DNA of 64,000 nt from Candidatus Poribacteria bacterium (GCA_963666305.1 OY762722.1:5378903-5442902), one strand, 5' to 3'. Shown: positions 24,897-33,663, numbered from the stretch's first letter. Notes: a model not told the origin generated them from the sequence alone. Numbers and translations are program-made.

Positions 24897-27056
24897 TCAC
24901 GCCTTGAGTTTTCGCCATAGGGTTGTCCGACTGATCCCCAAACGTTGTGCAGCGAGTTGCGGCTTTCCATCAGACTCCTCCAAAACCCGTTGAACGAGTT
25001 CACGTTCCAATGCAGCAAGTGGATTGCTTTCCCTGAGTGCCTGCGTAACAATATCGTCTCTCGAGGAAATAAGGTCGGGCGGTAGATGTTGCTTTTCGAT
25101 GCTGCCACCCTGACATTTAACGAACGCATGCTCTATAATGTTCTCCAACTCTCGCACATTGCCGGGGTAAGTATAATCCACTAAGATTTCAAGGGTATCG
25201 GGTGAGGCGCGATGAATAGATTTTTGGGTCTGTTGATTGAATTTTTCGATAAAGTGTTCAATGAGGCGTGGAATGTCATCTCGTCTTTCACGGAGTGGCG
25301 GCGGCGTAATCGGGACGACATTGAGCCTGTAGTATAAATCCTCGCGAAAACGTCCAGCATCAATTTCTGTTTTCAGGATTCGATTTGTTGCTGCAATGAC
25401 GCGAACATCCACTTTCTGTGTCTCGGTTGAACCGACCATTTCATATTCGCCCTCTTGCAAAACCCGGAGCAGCTTTGCTTGTGTTCCGAGACTTAACTCA
25501 CCGATTTCATCAAGAAAAAGGGTACCGCCGTCCGCGGCTGCGAACCGTCCTTCGCGCGTTGCGAAGGCATCGGTAAACGCACCTTTGACATGTCCAAAGA
25601 GTTCACTCTCCAACAAATTATCGACCAAGCCAGCGCAATTGACGCGGATAAAAGGTTTTTTCGCCCTCTCGCTATTGTCGTGGATTGCGTGGGCAATCGG
25701 TTCTTTGCCGGTCCCGCTTTCACCTTGAATCAGGACGGTCGTTTTCATGGGCGCGACGAGCCGAATTAACTTGAAAATCTCCTGCATTTTCCGATTTTTT
25801 CCGATGAGATTCCCAAACGAATGGTGCTCCTTCAGTTGGGCACTGAGTGCCTTTACCTCCGAGAGATCGCGCGCAAACCCCTGGATGAATGCTCGCTCGT
25901 CATGCGCAATTCGGATCGCGCGAATTTCCAATGGTAAACGATTTTTGTTTTTACGGGACAGTTCCGTTTGAAACGTAATGGGATTTTGTTGGTCGAGTCC
26001 TTTGAGCGTTTCTCGGGTGTTTTGAAACTCATCGGAAGGCATTAGGTCACACAGTGATAGATTGACGAGTTCCTGGTGTGTGTAACCAAGCCATATACAG
26101 AAATTCTCGTTTACAGTAACAAACGCTTCTGTTAGTGATGGACAAATGAAGATTGCGTCGTTAGACATCTCAAAAAGGGTGCGGTAGCGTCTGTTGTTTT
26201 CGGCGAGTTTGTCTGTCCAATCCCCTTTTTCTATAAGAATCGAGAGTTGTCCGGCAATCGGTTTCAGTCGTCCAATATGCGCCTCGGAGAATGCTTGGGG
26301 TTTTTCACTGGTGAAAAAGACGACCCCAATGGGTTTGCCCTGCACTTTAAGTGGAAGTGTCAGATTTGAGCGCATCCCTTCTTGGACCATCAGTCTTGTC
26401 CAGTTTGTCGGTCTTCTTGCGAGAATTTCCTTAAAATCGTCAATAATTCGTGCTTCACCTGAATTGAGGATAGGCTCAAGGCTTGACCCTTTGATTTTTG
26501 CTGAAAACCCGTTGTCCAGCAAGATTTCTCTGTTGGATTTCGTTTTGCACTGCACTAAATTACCGGAGGACTCGTCAATGAGTGCGATGCCTAATCGGTT
26601 ATGTGGCACTATGTTCTGAAGTCCCGCGTGGATATTCTCAAATACTTCATCGAGGGTCTTTCCAAGCTGAATCTGTTCAAGAATTTCATAGACCTGATCG
26701 GTCTCAATGGTTTGGTTAACAACAGTCCCTTCAAGCCTGTTGTTTGCTGATACTTCAGGGGAGATTGCGATCTGAAGTGTATCTCCATGAACCCGGAGCG
26801 GATAGGTTCGGAGGTTCTGCGTGGTAATTGGACATCCACTTTTCAGATTGTATTGCCAACCGTGCCACGGGCAGGTAACGACTTCACCCGCCAGTGTTCC
26901 CTCATTGAGCGGTCCCCCCTGATGCGGACAGGTATTATTGATCGCATAAAATTCTGTGCCTGTATTGAAGATTGCGATGTTTTCACTGTCAAATTTGACA
27001 ATAATATTCTGTCCTGGTTCAATTTCAGATGTTTTGGCAATATTAATCCACTTCAC
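24897..27056 (-). CDS. sigma-54-dependent transcriptional activator with N-terminal Rieske [2Fe-2S] domain, GAF and PAS sensors
   Basis: GTG start with a GGAGGG RBS. Rieske CPHQGG...CPWHGW. AAA+ domain with GESGTGKE, ELFGHVKGAFTDA, GTLFLDEIGE and RVIAATN. C-terminal Fis-type HTH LGISRTTLWRKLK. Confidence 0.9.
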   Translation of the reverse strand: MKWINIAKTSEIEPGQNIIVKFDSENIAIFNTGTEFYAINNTCPHQGGPLNEGTLAGEVVTCPWHGWQYNLKSGCPITTQNLRTYPLRVHGDTLQIAISPEVSANNRLEGTVVNQTIETDQVYEILEQIQLGKTLDEVFENIHAGLQNIVPHNRLGIALIDESSGNLVQCKTKSNREILLDNGFSAKIKGSSLEPILNSGEARIIDDFKEILARRPTNWTRLMVQEGMRSNLTLPLKVQGKPIGVVFFTSEKPQAFSEAHIGRLKPIAGQLSILIEKGDWTDKLAENNRRYRTLFEMSNDAIFICPSLTEAFVTVNENFCIWLGYTHQELVNLSLCDLMPSDEFQNTRETLKGLDQQNPITFQTELSRKNKNRLPLEIRAIRIAHDERAFIQGFARDLSEVKALSAQLKEHHSFGNLIGKNRKMQEIFKLIRLVAPMKTTVLIQGESGTGKEPIAHAIHDNSERAKKPFIRVNCAGLVDNLLESELFGHVKGAFTDAFATREGRFAAADGGTLFLDEIGELSLGTQAKLLRVLQEGEYEMVGSTETQKVDVRVIAATNRILKTEIDAGRFREDLYYRLNVVPITPPPLRERRDDIPRLIEHFIEKFNQQTQKSIHRASPDTLEILVDYTYPGNVRELENIIEHAFVKCQGGSIEKQHLPPDLISSRDDIVTQALRESNPLAALERELVQRVLEESDGKPQLAAQRLGISRTTLWRKLKA

Positions 27057-27137
27057 TACTTCCCTCCACGCGTGAACAGGGTTTGTTACCTATAGGTTAC
27101 AGATTATCACACGGTGAATCGGATGTCAAGAATTTTG

Positions 27138-27227
27138 TTTCATAAATGAAAAACGTTTCATTTGTGCAATAACCTTTATTTCTAAGACCCCTAAGCAATT
27201 TGTTCAGGTTTTGTTTCAGATTTGAAA
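27138..27227. promoter_or_regulatory. two TTTCA-N4-TGAAA palindromes (candidate enhancer/UAS sites)
   Basis: TTTCATAAATGAAA at 27138-27151 and TTTCAGATTTGAAA at 27214-27227, about 80-170 nt upstream of the -24/-12 promoter. Confidence 0.45.
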
Positions 27228-27303
27228 TATATCGGTAAGATCTAAAATTTCATTTTAACCCGTAAAACGTTGATATACCTCAATTGTATGGGCTTTGAAC
27301 ACT

Positions 27304-27318
27304 TGGCACGAAACTTGC
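27304..27318 (+). promoter_or_regulatory. sigma-54 (-24/-12) promoter
   Basis: TGGCAC-GAAAC-TTGC matches the TGGCAC-N5-TTGC consensus exactly, about 85 nt upstream of ATG 27403. Confidence 0.8.
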
Positions 27319-27402
27319 GATCCTATTGCAAAGACAAAAAAGAGTTAACCCGATTTGGGTTAGACGATAAGGTTTAGTTCTGAATTTCAGGAGGATTTAA
27401 AA

Positions 27403-27813
27403 ATGAGCCGTTATCTTGAACATGCCAACATGAGCGTGAATGACCTTGAAAAAGCAATCGATTTCCTAACAACCGCCTTCCCAGATTTTCGAGTCAGAGG
27501 CGGTGGCGATAATGCGAACGGGACGAAATGGTGTCATCTTGGGACTGACGATTTCTACATTGCCTTGTCAGACCGCACGCATCCTTTCACAGGAGACCGT
27601 GAAGGGACCTATGTGAACCACCTCGGTTTTGCTGTTAATGACGCTGAAGGTATCCGGGAACGTCTGCTGGCTGCCGGATATAAAGAAGGTTACAAAGTCG
27701 AACCGCATCCCCATCGAAAGCGAATCTATTTCATTGATGCGGATGGTTTTGAATGGGAGTTCGTCGAATACTTCACGGATGAGCCAGCGAAACGGAACGA
27801 CTATTCACAGTGA
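27403..27813 (+). CDS. VOC-family (glyoxalase/bleomycin-resistance/dioxygenase fold) protein
   Basis: 136 aa; LEHANMSVNDLEKAIDFL and HLGFAVND beta-alpha-beta-beta-beta module pattern; AGGAGG RBS. Confidence 0.75.
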   Translation: MSRYLEHANMSVNDLEKAIDFLTTAFPDFRVRGGGDNANGTKWCHLGTDDFYIALSDRTHPFTGDREGTYVNHLGFAVNDAEGIRERLLAAGYKEGYKVEPHPHRKRIYFIDADGFEWEFVEYFTDEPAKRNDYSQ

Positions 27814-27845
27814 AAATAAATCTCGTTCGGGACGCAAGGCTTATT

Positions 27846-27889
27846 AAAACTTGTAGGGTTAAGGCAGGACGCTTGCCCTACAAGTTTTT
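27846..27889. terminator. bidirectional hairpin terminator between convergent genes
   Basis: AAAACTTGTAGGG ... CCCTACAAGTTTT, flanked by an A-run and a T-run. Confidence 0.7.
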
Positions 27890-27930
27890 AGTGCCTTGCT
27901 GGATGTTCCCAACGAATTGTTTGCAATCAC

Positions 27931-30786
27931 CTACTTCAAGATTAACATCTTGCGCGTTGCGGTGAAGTCTCCTGCGGTAAGTGTATAGAAATACACACCA
28001 CTTGCCACAGACTCACCGATAGCGTTTTTGCCATCCCAATACGCAGCCCCGGAACGACTCTGATACATACCCGCGGGTTGATATCCAAGCGTCAAGGTCC
28101 GCACCAATGTGCCGTTCACAGCATAGATATGCAGTGTAACATCCGCATCCTTTGATAAGTGATAGGGTATCCACGTCTCTGGGTTGAAAGGATTCGGATA
28201 GTTTGGCAAGAGTGCCATCTCTTTCGGGGTCAACGCTGTGAGGAGTTGTTGTAAGAACAGAATACCGCGCTGTGACGTTGCATCCGTGAGTCCTAATTGC
28301 TGTGCTTGGGAGAGCCACTGGCGTATATCTGCCGAGGTAAGCATTTCTAAGGAGTCGAGATGCAATAGAGACGGTGCGGCGGCACTATTGCCTAACGCAC
28401 CAGCAACGAGGACAAGGTCCTGAATATTGACCTGTCCATCGCCGTTGACATCCGCACCGTTTGTGCCTGTTTGTCCCAGTTTCCGGGCAACTAACACCAA
28501 ATCCTGAATGTTTACAATGCCATCACCGTTAACATCGCCTTTGAGGTGAGGGGCTTCAGTTACCTCTGCATTTTCAACCGTTGGCACAAAAGCCTCACCA
28601 TCACTATTCGTTAGCAGCACATCCGTTAACATCAAAGTGGATGCCTTCTCTGTGACGACCTCAAAGGTGAGCGTAGCGAGGGTGCCGTTCCCTTTACTTT
28701 CTCCAGCAAGGGACGCAGCGTTGAGTTGGACGAGATTGCCCTCTAATTTTGGTTCCACAAAGAACGCACCAGCAGGCAGATAATCACCATTCGCACCTGA
28801 GACATAACGAAGAGCAGTATCATCAAACTGCAGGGTTGCCTGATAGCCTGCGACTGCTTCACCACCTGTGATGTTAAGGCTAAGTTCTAACTGGTCCCCG
28901 ACAGCAGGAGATGCTACTGAGGCAGGTAAGATATTGACTACGGCATCGGTGGTTGCTGTTGTCGGTGTTACCGGTTCTGCGCCTGGAACCAATACGAAGT
29001 CTCCTGGGGCGGTTATGCCTAAGACTACATTTTCAACTTCACCATCGTTGAGATCCGTTCGCTGGATGCCGCCAAGTGAGTTTGCCCAATACACCTTACC
29101 TGCTGTAGTGTCAACAGAAATGCCGGTAGGCAGACCTTGTACCGTGGCGAGTGTTTCAAGGTTTGTGCCGTTAAGATTCGCGCGTTGGATCTTACCGGAA
29201 TACTCATCTATTTCCTCTGCCCAATAAACCTTTTCATCCGCCACGACGATACCGTATGGACTTCCTATATCGGATATAAGTGTATCGAGACCGGTGCTGT
29301 CAAGGTTTACACGACGGATGCGCCCAGAAAATTCCGTCCAGTACAACCTGCCATCCACTGGATTCAAGGCGATGTCTGTTGGAGAAGTTAGATTGGTGCG
29401 GACTATTTCCGTGCTACATCCTCCCCCCGTTTGAGCAATAGGAATAAAGAACAAAAAGTAAGTGTTTCTCGAACTACAACTTTCTTTTGTTTCTTCAAGT
29501 ATTTCTTCCTCAAGTTGGATGACGGTGCTAATACCTTCACCCTTGAGGTCCGCGGTCTGGATTTGCAAGTCGGAGTTCGTCCAATACATCTTGTTTCTCA
29601 CAGAATCAACAACTATACCGCGAGGAACGCTTGATAGTGTAACGAGTACCTCAACGTTTGTCCCACCAAAGTTTGCACATTTGATGACACCACCACTCTT
29701 ACTACGTTCACCCCAATAGAGCTTGCCTCCTGCTCTATCCACAGTGAGAACCGTCACCTCTTGCGTAACAGCATCAAAATGTCCAGAAGACTCAATTTTG
29801 CCGGCATCAGTGTTTACCCAAAACATCGGTTGCTGCTGTAATTCTGGAATTAACACTCGTAACTCCGCGCCTCCGTTCACCGCTGCTGTCATAGGAAATG
29901 GCACTGCATCCGTTACTTCAACATCTAAACGCAGACCTGGATTCGCATCCAGAAGCGCGTTAAGTGGGTACGTAGACCAAATTGGATTGTCCTTAAGCCA
30001 TAAATCCTGAAAATTTATCAAACTTGTAAGCGGCGTGACATCCGTGATTTGATTCTTACCAAGGTTTAACGATGTCAACTGTGTAAGTTGTGCAAGTGGG
30101 GCTATGTCCCTGATTTGGTTCCCACTGAGGTTTAACGATGTTAGCTGTATAAGTTGTGCCAGAGGTGTAACATCCTTGATTTGGTTGTTCCTAAGGTTTA
30201 ACGATGTCAGCTGTGTAAGTTGTGCAAGTGGGGCTATGTCCCTGATTTGGTTCCCACTGAGGCTTAACGATGTTAGCTGTATAAGTTGTGCCAGAGGTGT
30301 AACATCCTTGATTTGGTTGCTCCAAAGGTCTAACTTCCTCAGTTGTGTAAGTTGTGCAAGTGGGGCTATGTCCCTGATTCGGTTTTCACTGAGGTTTAAC
30401 GACGTTAGTTGTGTAAGTTGTGCAAGGGGCGTGATATCAAGGGGCACGGCATCTCTGATTGCAATTGCAGTCAAACTAATGTCTAACACCCTCAGTTGTG
30501 TCGCATGTTCTAAGCCAGTGAGATCCGTTATATCCCGTGCGAAACTATTGTTTAACGTTGTTAATTTTTCCAATTCCGCTTTTGGAATTTTAAGGAGATC
30601 AACGCCATCTCCAGTAGGAAGACCCAATTCAGCGCGTACTTGTTTTGCTAAAGTAATGTCTTTAAATTCCACAATGGTGTCAGGTGCTTCCTGAGCATAG
30701 CTAATGCCTTGGACGCTGTATGTCAGCATCAATACTGCCAAAATTGATACAATTAGATTTCGATTCATAACTTGCGTTTTCATCAT
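27931..30786 (-). CDS. secreted multidomain protein: LRR + YWTD beta-propeller + cohesin-like + dockerin repeats + T9SS/FlgD-type C-terminal domain
   Basis: Signal peptide. About eight 22-aa LRRs (LTSLNLSGNQIRDIAPLAQLTQ). YWTD-type motifs KLYWGE, KMYWTN, RLYWTE, KVYWAE and KVYWAN. Two DVNGDG.VNIQDLVLVA dockerin repeats. C-terminal NPFNPET...GVYFYTL...KMLILK. Confidence 0.85.
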   Translation of the reverse strand: MMKTQVMNRNLIVSILAVLMLTYSVQGISYAQEAPDTIVEFKDITLAKQVRAELGLPTGDGVDLLKIPKAELEKLTTLNNSFARDITDLTGLEHATQLRVLDISLTAIAIRDAVPLDITPLAQLTQLTSLNLSENRIRDIAPLAQLTQLRKLDLWSNQIKDVTPLAQLIQLTSLSLSGNQIRDIAPLAQLTQLTSLNLRNNQIKDVTPLAQLIQLTSLNLSGNQIRDIAPLAQLTQLTSLNLGKNQITDVTPLTSLINFQDLWLKDNPIWSTYPLNALLDANPGLRLDVEVTDAVPFPMTAAVNGGAELRVLIPELQQQPMFWVNTDAGKIESSGHFDAVTQEVTVLTVDRAGGKLYWGERSKSGGVIKCANFGGTNVEVLVTLSSVPRGIVVDSVRNKMYWTNSDLQIQTADLKGEGISTVIQLEEEILEETKESCSSRNTYFLFFIPIAQTGGGCSTEIVRTNLTSPTDIALNPVDGRLYWTEFSGRIRRVNLDSTGLDTLISDIGSPYGIVVADEKVYWAEEIDEYSGKIQRANLNGTNLETLATVQGLPTGISVDTTAGKVYWANSLGGIQRTDLNDGEVENVVLGITAPGDFVLVPGAEPVTPTTATTDAVVNILPASVASPAVGDQLELSLNITGGEAVAGYQATLQFDDTALRYVSGANGDYLPAGAFFVEPKLEGNLVQLNAASLAGESKGNGTLATLTFEVVTEKASTLMLTDVLLTNSDGEAFVPTVENAEVTEAPHLKGDVNGDGIVNIQDLVLVARKLGQTGTNGADVNGDGQVNIQDLVLVAGALGNSAAAPSLLHLDSLEMLTSADIRQWLSQAQQLGLTDATSQRGILFLQQLLTALTPKEMALLPNYPNPFNPETWIPYHLSKDADVTLHIYAVNGTLVRTLTLGYQPAGMYQSRSGAAYWDGKNAIGESVASGVYFYTLTAGDFTATRKMLILK
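29990..30560 (-). repeat. tandem ~66-bp coding repeats (LRR units)
   Basis: Visible near-identical 66-nt periodicity (for example GTGTAAGTTGTGCAAGTGGGGCTATGTCCCTGATTTGGTT recurring). The repeats are in frame with the LRR protein. Confidence 0.85.
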
Positions 30787-30805
30787 AAACTCCTTTTGAT
30801 TGTTT

Positions 30806-30867
30806 TTAGATTACAATCTCTGATAGACTCACGTAAAGGTTCTCTTTCAAAGACATTGTGTATCTCG
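30806..30867 (+). repeat. 62-bp direct repeat, copy 1 (5'-UTR side of the LRR gene)
   Basis: TTAGATTACAATCTCTGATAGACTCACGTAAAGGTTCTCTTTCAAAGACATTGTGTATCTCG, versus copy 2 at 31640-31702. Confidence 0.8.
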
Positions 30868-31111
30868 GATAATAATTATAATCCAAGTTGCTACTAACGG
30901 ATTTTGCACATTTCAGAAAGGTTTTTCAATCCTTTTCCACACCCAAATGAGGTTTAACAAATAAATTGGGTAATTGTGGCTATGCGACGTGCGATGAATG
31001 CACGTCGCATGAATCAACGGTATGACGGTTCTCCGTGCGGCATTCCCTGGGTCGAGTACGCCGCAAATCGCACGACTACGAACCGATCTGCTTGTTATCA
31101 CACGTCTTAGC

Positions 31112-31499
31112 ATTACCCGATTAAATTCTTAATCTGGAGTGCAAGAGGAGACCATACTGTTTTCGATAGATATAGCACTCCGCTGGAGTGCGGTATTTTT
31201 CTCAGAGTTGTGTGAGCATCTGAAACTTATGGAAAATATGCAATCCCTTGAAACCTCAACTGGCACGCAGCAGGAATTGTCCAAACTTTGGAATAGTTAT
31301 AATTAGCCAATTATAACTATAATTTAATAAAAAAATAATAAGCCTATATCTAACTATAAATGATATGGGATTTTCAGGGAAAAGGCAAGTTCTTTTGACA
31401 AAAATTGTTAACTTTGCTTGAAAGGTGCGTAACACTTAGAGGTGGGTAATATTTTGTCGGCAGAATCTAAATGAAGATTAAGAATTTAATCAGGTAATT
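31112..31499. repeat. MITE-like 388-bp element bounded by 24-bp inverted repeats
   Basis: ATTACCCGATTAAATTCTTAATCT (31112-31135) versus AGATTAAGAATTTAATCAGGTAAT (31476-31499); 23 of 24 nt are complementary. No ORF inside. Confidence 0.55.
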
Positions 31500-31639
31500 T
31501 CTCAACGTGCGATAAATCGCACGACTACGAGCGGAACCCTTTGTAGTAGGGAAACCATTCAGTGTCTCCCGTCAATTACCGAACTTATTTTTTTACTTCA
31601 TACAGAATTCTTATACAAGAAAGGCAACTTAGGTTAGTT

Positions 31640-31702
31640 TTAGATTACTATCTGGGACAGACGAACGTAAAGGATTGTCTTTCAAAGACGTTGTGTATCT
31701 CG
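31640..31702 (+). repeat. 62-bp direct repeat, copy 2
   Basis: TTAGATTACTATCTGGGACAGACGAACGTAAAGGATTGTCTTTCAAAGACGTTGTGTATCTCG. Confidence 0.8.
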
Positions 31703-31845
31703 AACTTACAAGAACCACCTCGCATTATGAGAAAATGGTGTCACAGATGCTGCAATACCGCAAAAATAGACTGCGTCCGTCCTATTTTATACGGATCCCA
31801 TCTCAATAATGAACCCGACACCGCTGTGCCAACAACCTGTTCGGC

Positions 31846-33663
31846 TCAGTCTTCATCAATGGACCAAGTGCAGTTGATATTACTGTCCGTGTAAAATTGC
31901 TTGAGTGCTGGCTTATCAAACCACAACTGAATTTCTTTGCCCACAATATGACCGACACTGCTCACCTTGAGGTAAAGACCACCCGCTGTCCATCCGGGTA
32001 TGATGTCGTAACGTCCGGTTTGCGCGGCGTAGATGCTGAGCAGTGCCAGAGGCTCCATCGCATCGAGATTCGCGGTTTTATGCGTGTCCTGCAGAAGTTC
32101 CGCCACGCTTTTCCCCTCATGTCCCTCCTGTAACTCCGGCTTATCCATAACCTTGCTGTGGAGTATAAAGTCATCCTCAAGCGTGAAAAGACCGCTATCG
32201 CTGTGTTGTCTACCTTGTAGCAGGTTGTCTCCTATCCGCTCCGCCATCGCCAGAAATTCTGCCTTCGGTTCTACCCGGTACAGATCAACCAGCGCAAAGA
32301 TATAAGCGGGTTCCAGAGCAGTTGTATCAAAATTCAACGACGGTGGAGAGTTTTTATCAGCACCGATGTCCCCAATCTCGAAGGCTCTAAGCATAGTTCG
32401 TAAGTGATCCCTGAACTCGCTTCTGCCGCCGGAAACCCGATAGCCACGGGCACACACGGAGGTAAAGAGTGGTGTAATGTTTTGCGGCAGAAATGCGCCG
32501 CCTTCTTTCGCGCCAAAGTAAAGTTTCTCTACCCTGAAAGGTCCCTTTATCCGAAAATCTGTGAGGTCTGTCCCGTCAATAATGATGCTCTTCAGCGTAT
32601 TGCTTTCTTGATCGTAGGAGGTGTCTAAGAAACCGATGATGTGTTGCTCCACGGCTTCTTTGATGTGCGCCATTTCGCCGATGCGTCCGTACTTTTGGGA
32701 ATTCTCTACGATTGTCAGCATACCCATCATCTGGGTAATGGTGTGGTTCAACTGATTGCCGACATAGACTCTCGGTTCAGTCGCCTGCGGATATTGCCTA
32801 CCGAATACGTTAAGCCCGCGCTTGCCACTTTGCGGATGAACCAGATTCGGCCAGATGCCGGTCTCGGGATCCCGCTGCTTTATAATCAGATTTAAGAGAC
32901 GTTCCCCCCAAATCCGTGGTGCTTCCTCCTGCTTTTGATAGCCCAAACTGTAAGCGGCATAAGCCAGATCCAATGCCACACTGATAAACGAGAGATCTGC
33001 ACTAATTTCGGGGGCTTTGTATCCATCCCACGGTCTGTCCCAAGTATTGGCATGATCGACCTGCTTTTTGAAATCGCCGTGTCGGTTGTAGTGTAGTGCG
33101 TCCCAATCCTTGATATTTGCTTCCCAAATACTTTTCATCAGCATCTCGCCCCGGTCTACATCTACGGCTCTCAACAGTTCCCAATAGGGGTATACGTCCT
33201 CTATTTCGTGGACAACCCCCTTCATACCATATCTATTCCCGGTTACCAAGTCCACATAGCCGTGTCCTCCCCAATGCAGAACGCCACTCTCTGGATACCA
33301 ATAGTTGTTGAACATGTATTCGGCGGCTTCTCCCGCGGCATGAACATATTTACCATCCCCAGTGAACTGGCTTAAAGAAGATAGTAACCGCATCAGGTTC
33401 TGCTGATTTTGAAAGAAACTCCAGACTGCAGGTTTCGGCTCGGTACCTGTGCGGTGCGAGGTCATAGATCTGGGTGCCCTCAAATGGTCGATATGGAGGC
33501 AGTCGGCAAAGAGCGGCATATCTTTGCCACTGTATCTATCTCTCCCATAGTGGACAGCTGTATCTGCGAAGAGACTCGCCGCTTTAAAAAAACGATTACC
33601 ATTTATTTCGTTGGGGCTCAATCGGTCTCTGCCAATCCAGCGATCCAATTGATTAACGCTCAT
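31846..33663 (-). CDS. hypothetical protein (605 aa), operonic with the upstream membrane protein
   Basis: Long ORF with no signal peptide. Its ATG overlaps the upstream stop (ATGA, 33660-33663). I do not recognise the family with confidence. Confidence 0.6.
   Translation of the reverse strand: MSVNQLDRWIGRDRLSPNEINGNRFFKAASLFADTAVHYGRDRYSGKDMPLFADCLHIDHLRAPRSMTSHRTGTEPKPAVWSFFQNQQNLMRLLSSLSQFTGDGKYVHAAGEAAEYMFNNYWYPESGVLHWGGHGYVDLVTGNRYGMKGVVHEIEDVYPYWELLRAVDVDRGEMLMKSIWEANIKDWDALHYNRHGDFKKQVDHANTWDRPWDGYKAPEISADLSFISVALDLAYAAYSLGYQKQEEAPRIWGERLLNLIIKQRDPETGIWPNLVHPQSGKRGLNVFGRQYPQATEPRVYVGNQLNHTITQMMGMLTIVENSQKYGRIGEMAHIKEAVEQHIIGFLDTSYDQESNTLKSIIIDGTDLTDFRIKGPFRVEKLYFGAKEGGAFLPQNITPLFTSVCARGYRVSGGRSEFRDHLRTMLRAFEIGDIGADKNSPPSLNFDTTALEPAYIFALVDLYRVEPKAEFLAMAERIGDNLLQGRQHSDSGLFTLEDDFILHSKVMDKPELQEGHEGKSVAELLQDTHKTANLDAMEPLALLSIYAAQTGRYDIIPGWTAGGLYLKVSSVGHIVGKEIQLWFDKPALKQFYTDSNINCTWSIDED

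Noticed and set aside
29990-30560. Regularly spaced ~66-bp repeats considered as a possible CRISPR-like array.
   Set aside because: The repeats are contiguous with no unique spacers, lie in frame inside a long ORF, and translate to canonical 22-aa leucine-rich repeats.
30104-30694. 196-aa plus-strand ORF with internal repeats (…LIWFPLRFNDVSC…).
   Set aside because: It is a mirror image of the LRR-coding tandem repeats on the opposite strand. The repeat periodicity keeps the antisense frame open, so it is an artefact.
31261-31285. Second TGGCAC hexamer considered as a sigma-54 promoter.
   Set aside because: The -12 element is absent: TGGCAC-GCAGC-AGGA has no GC or TTGC at the required spacing.
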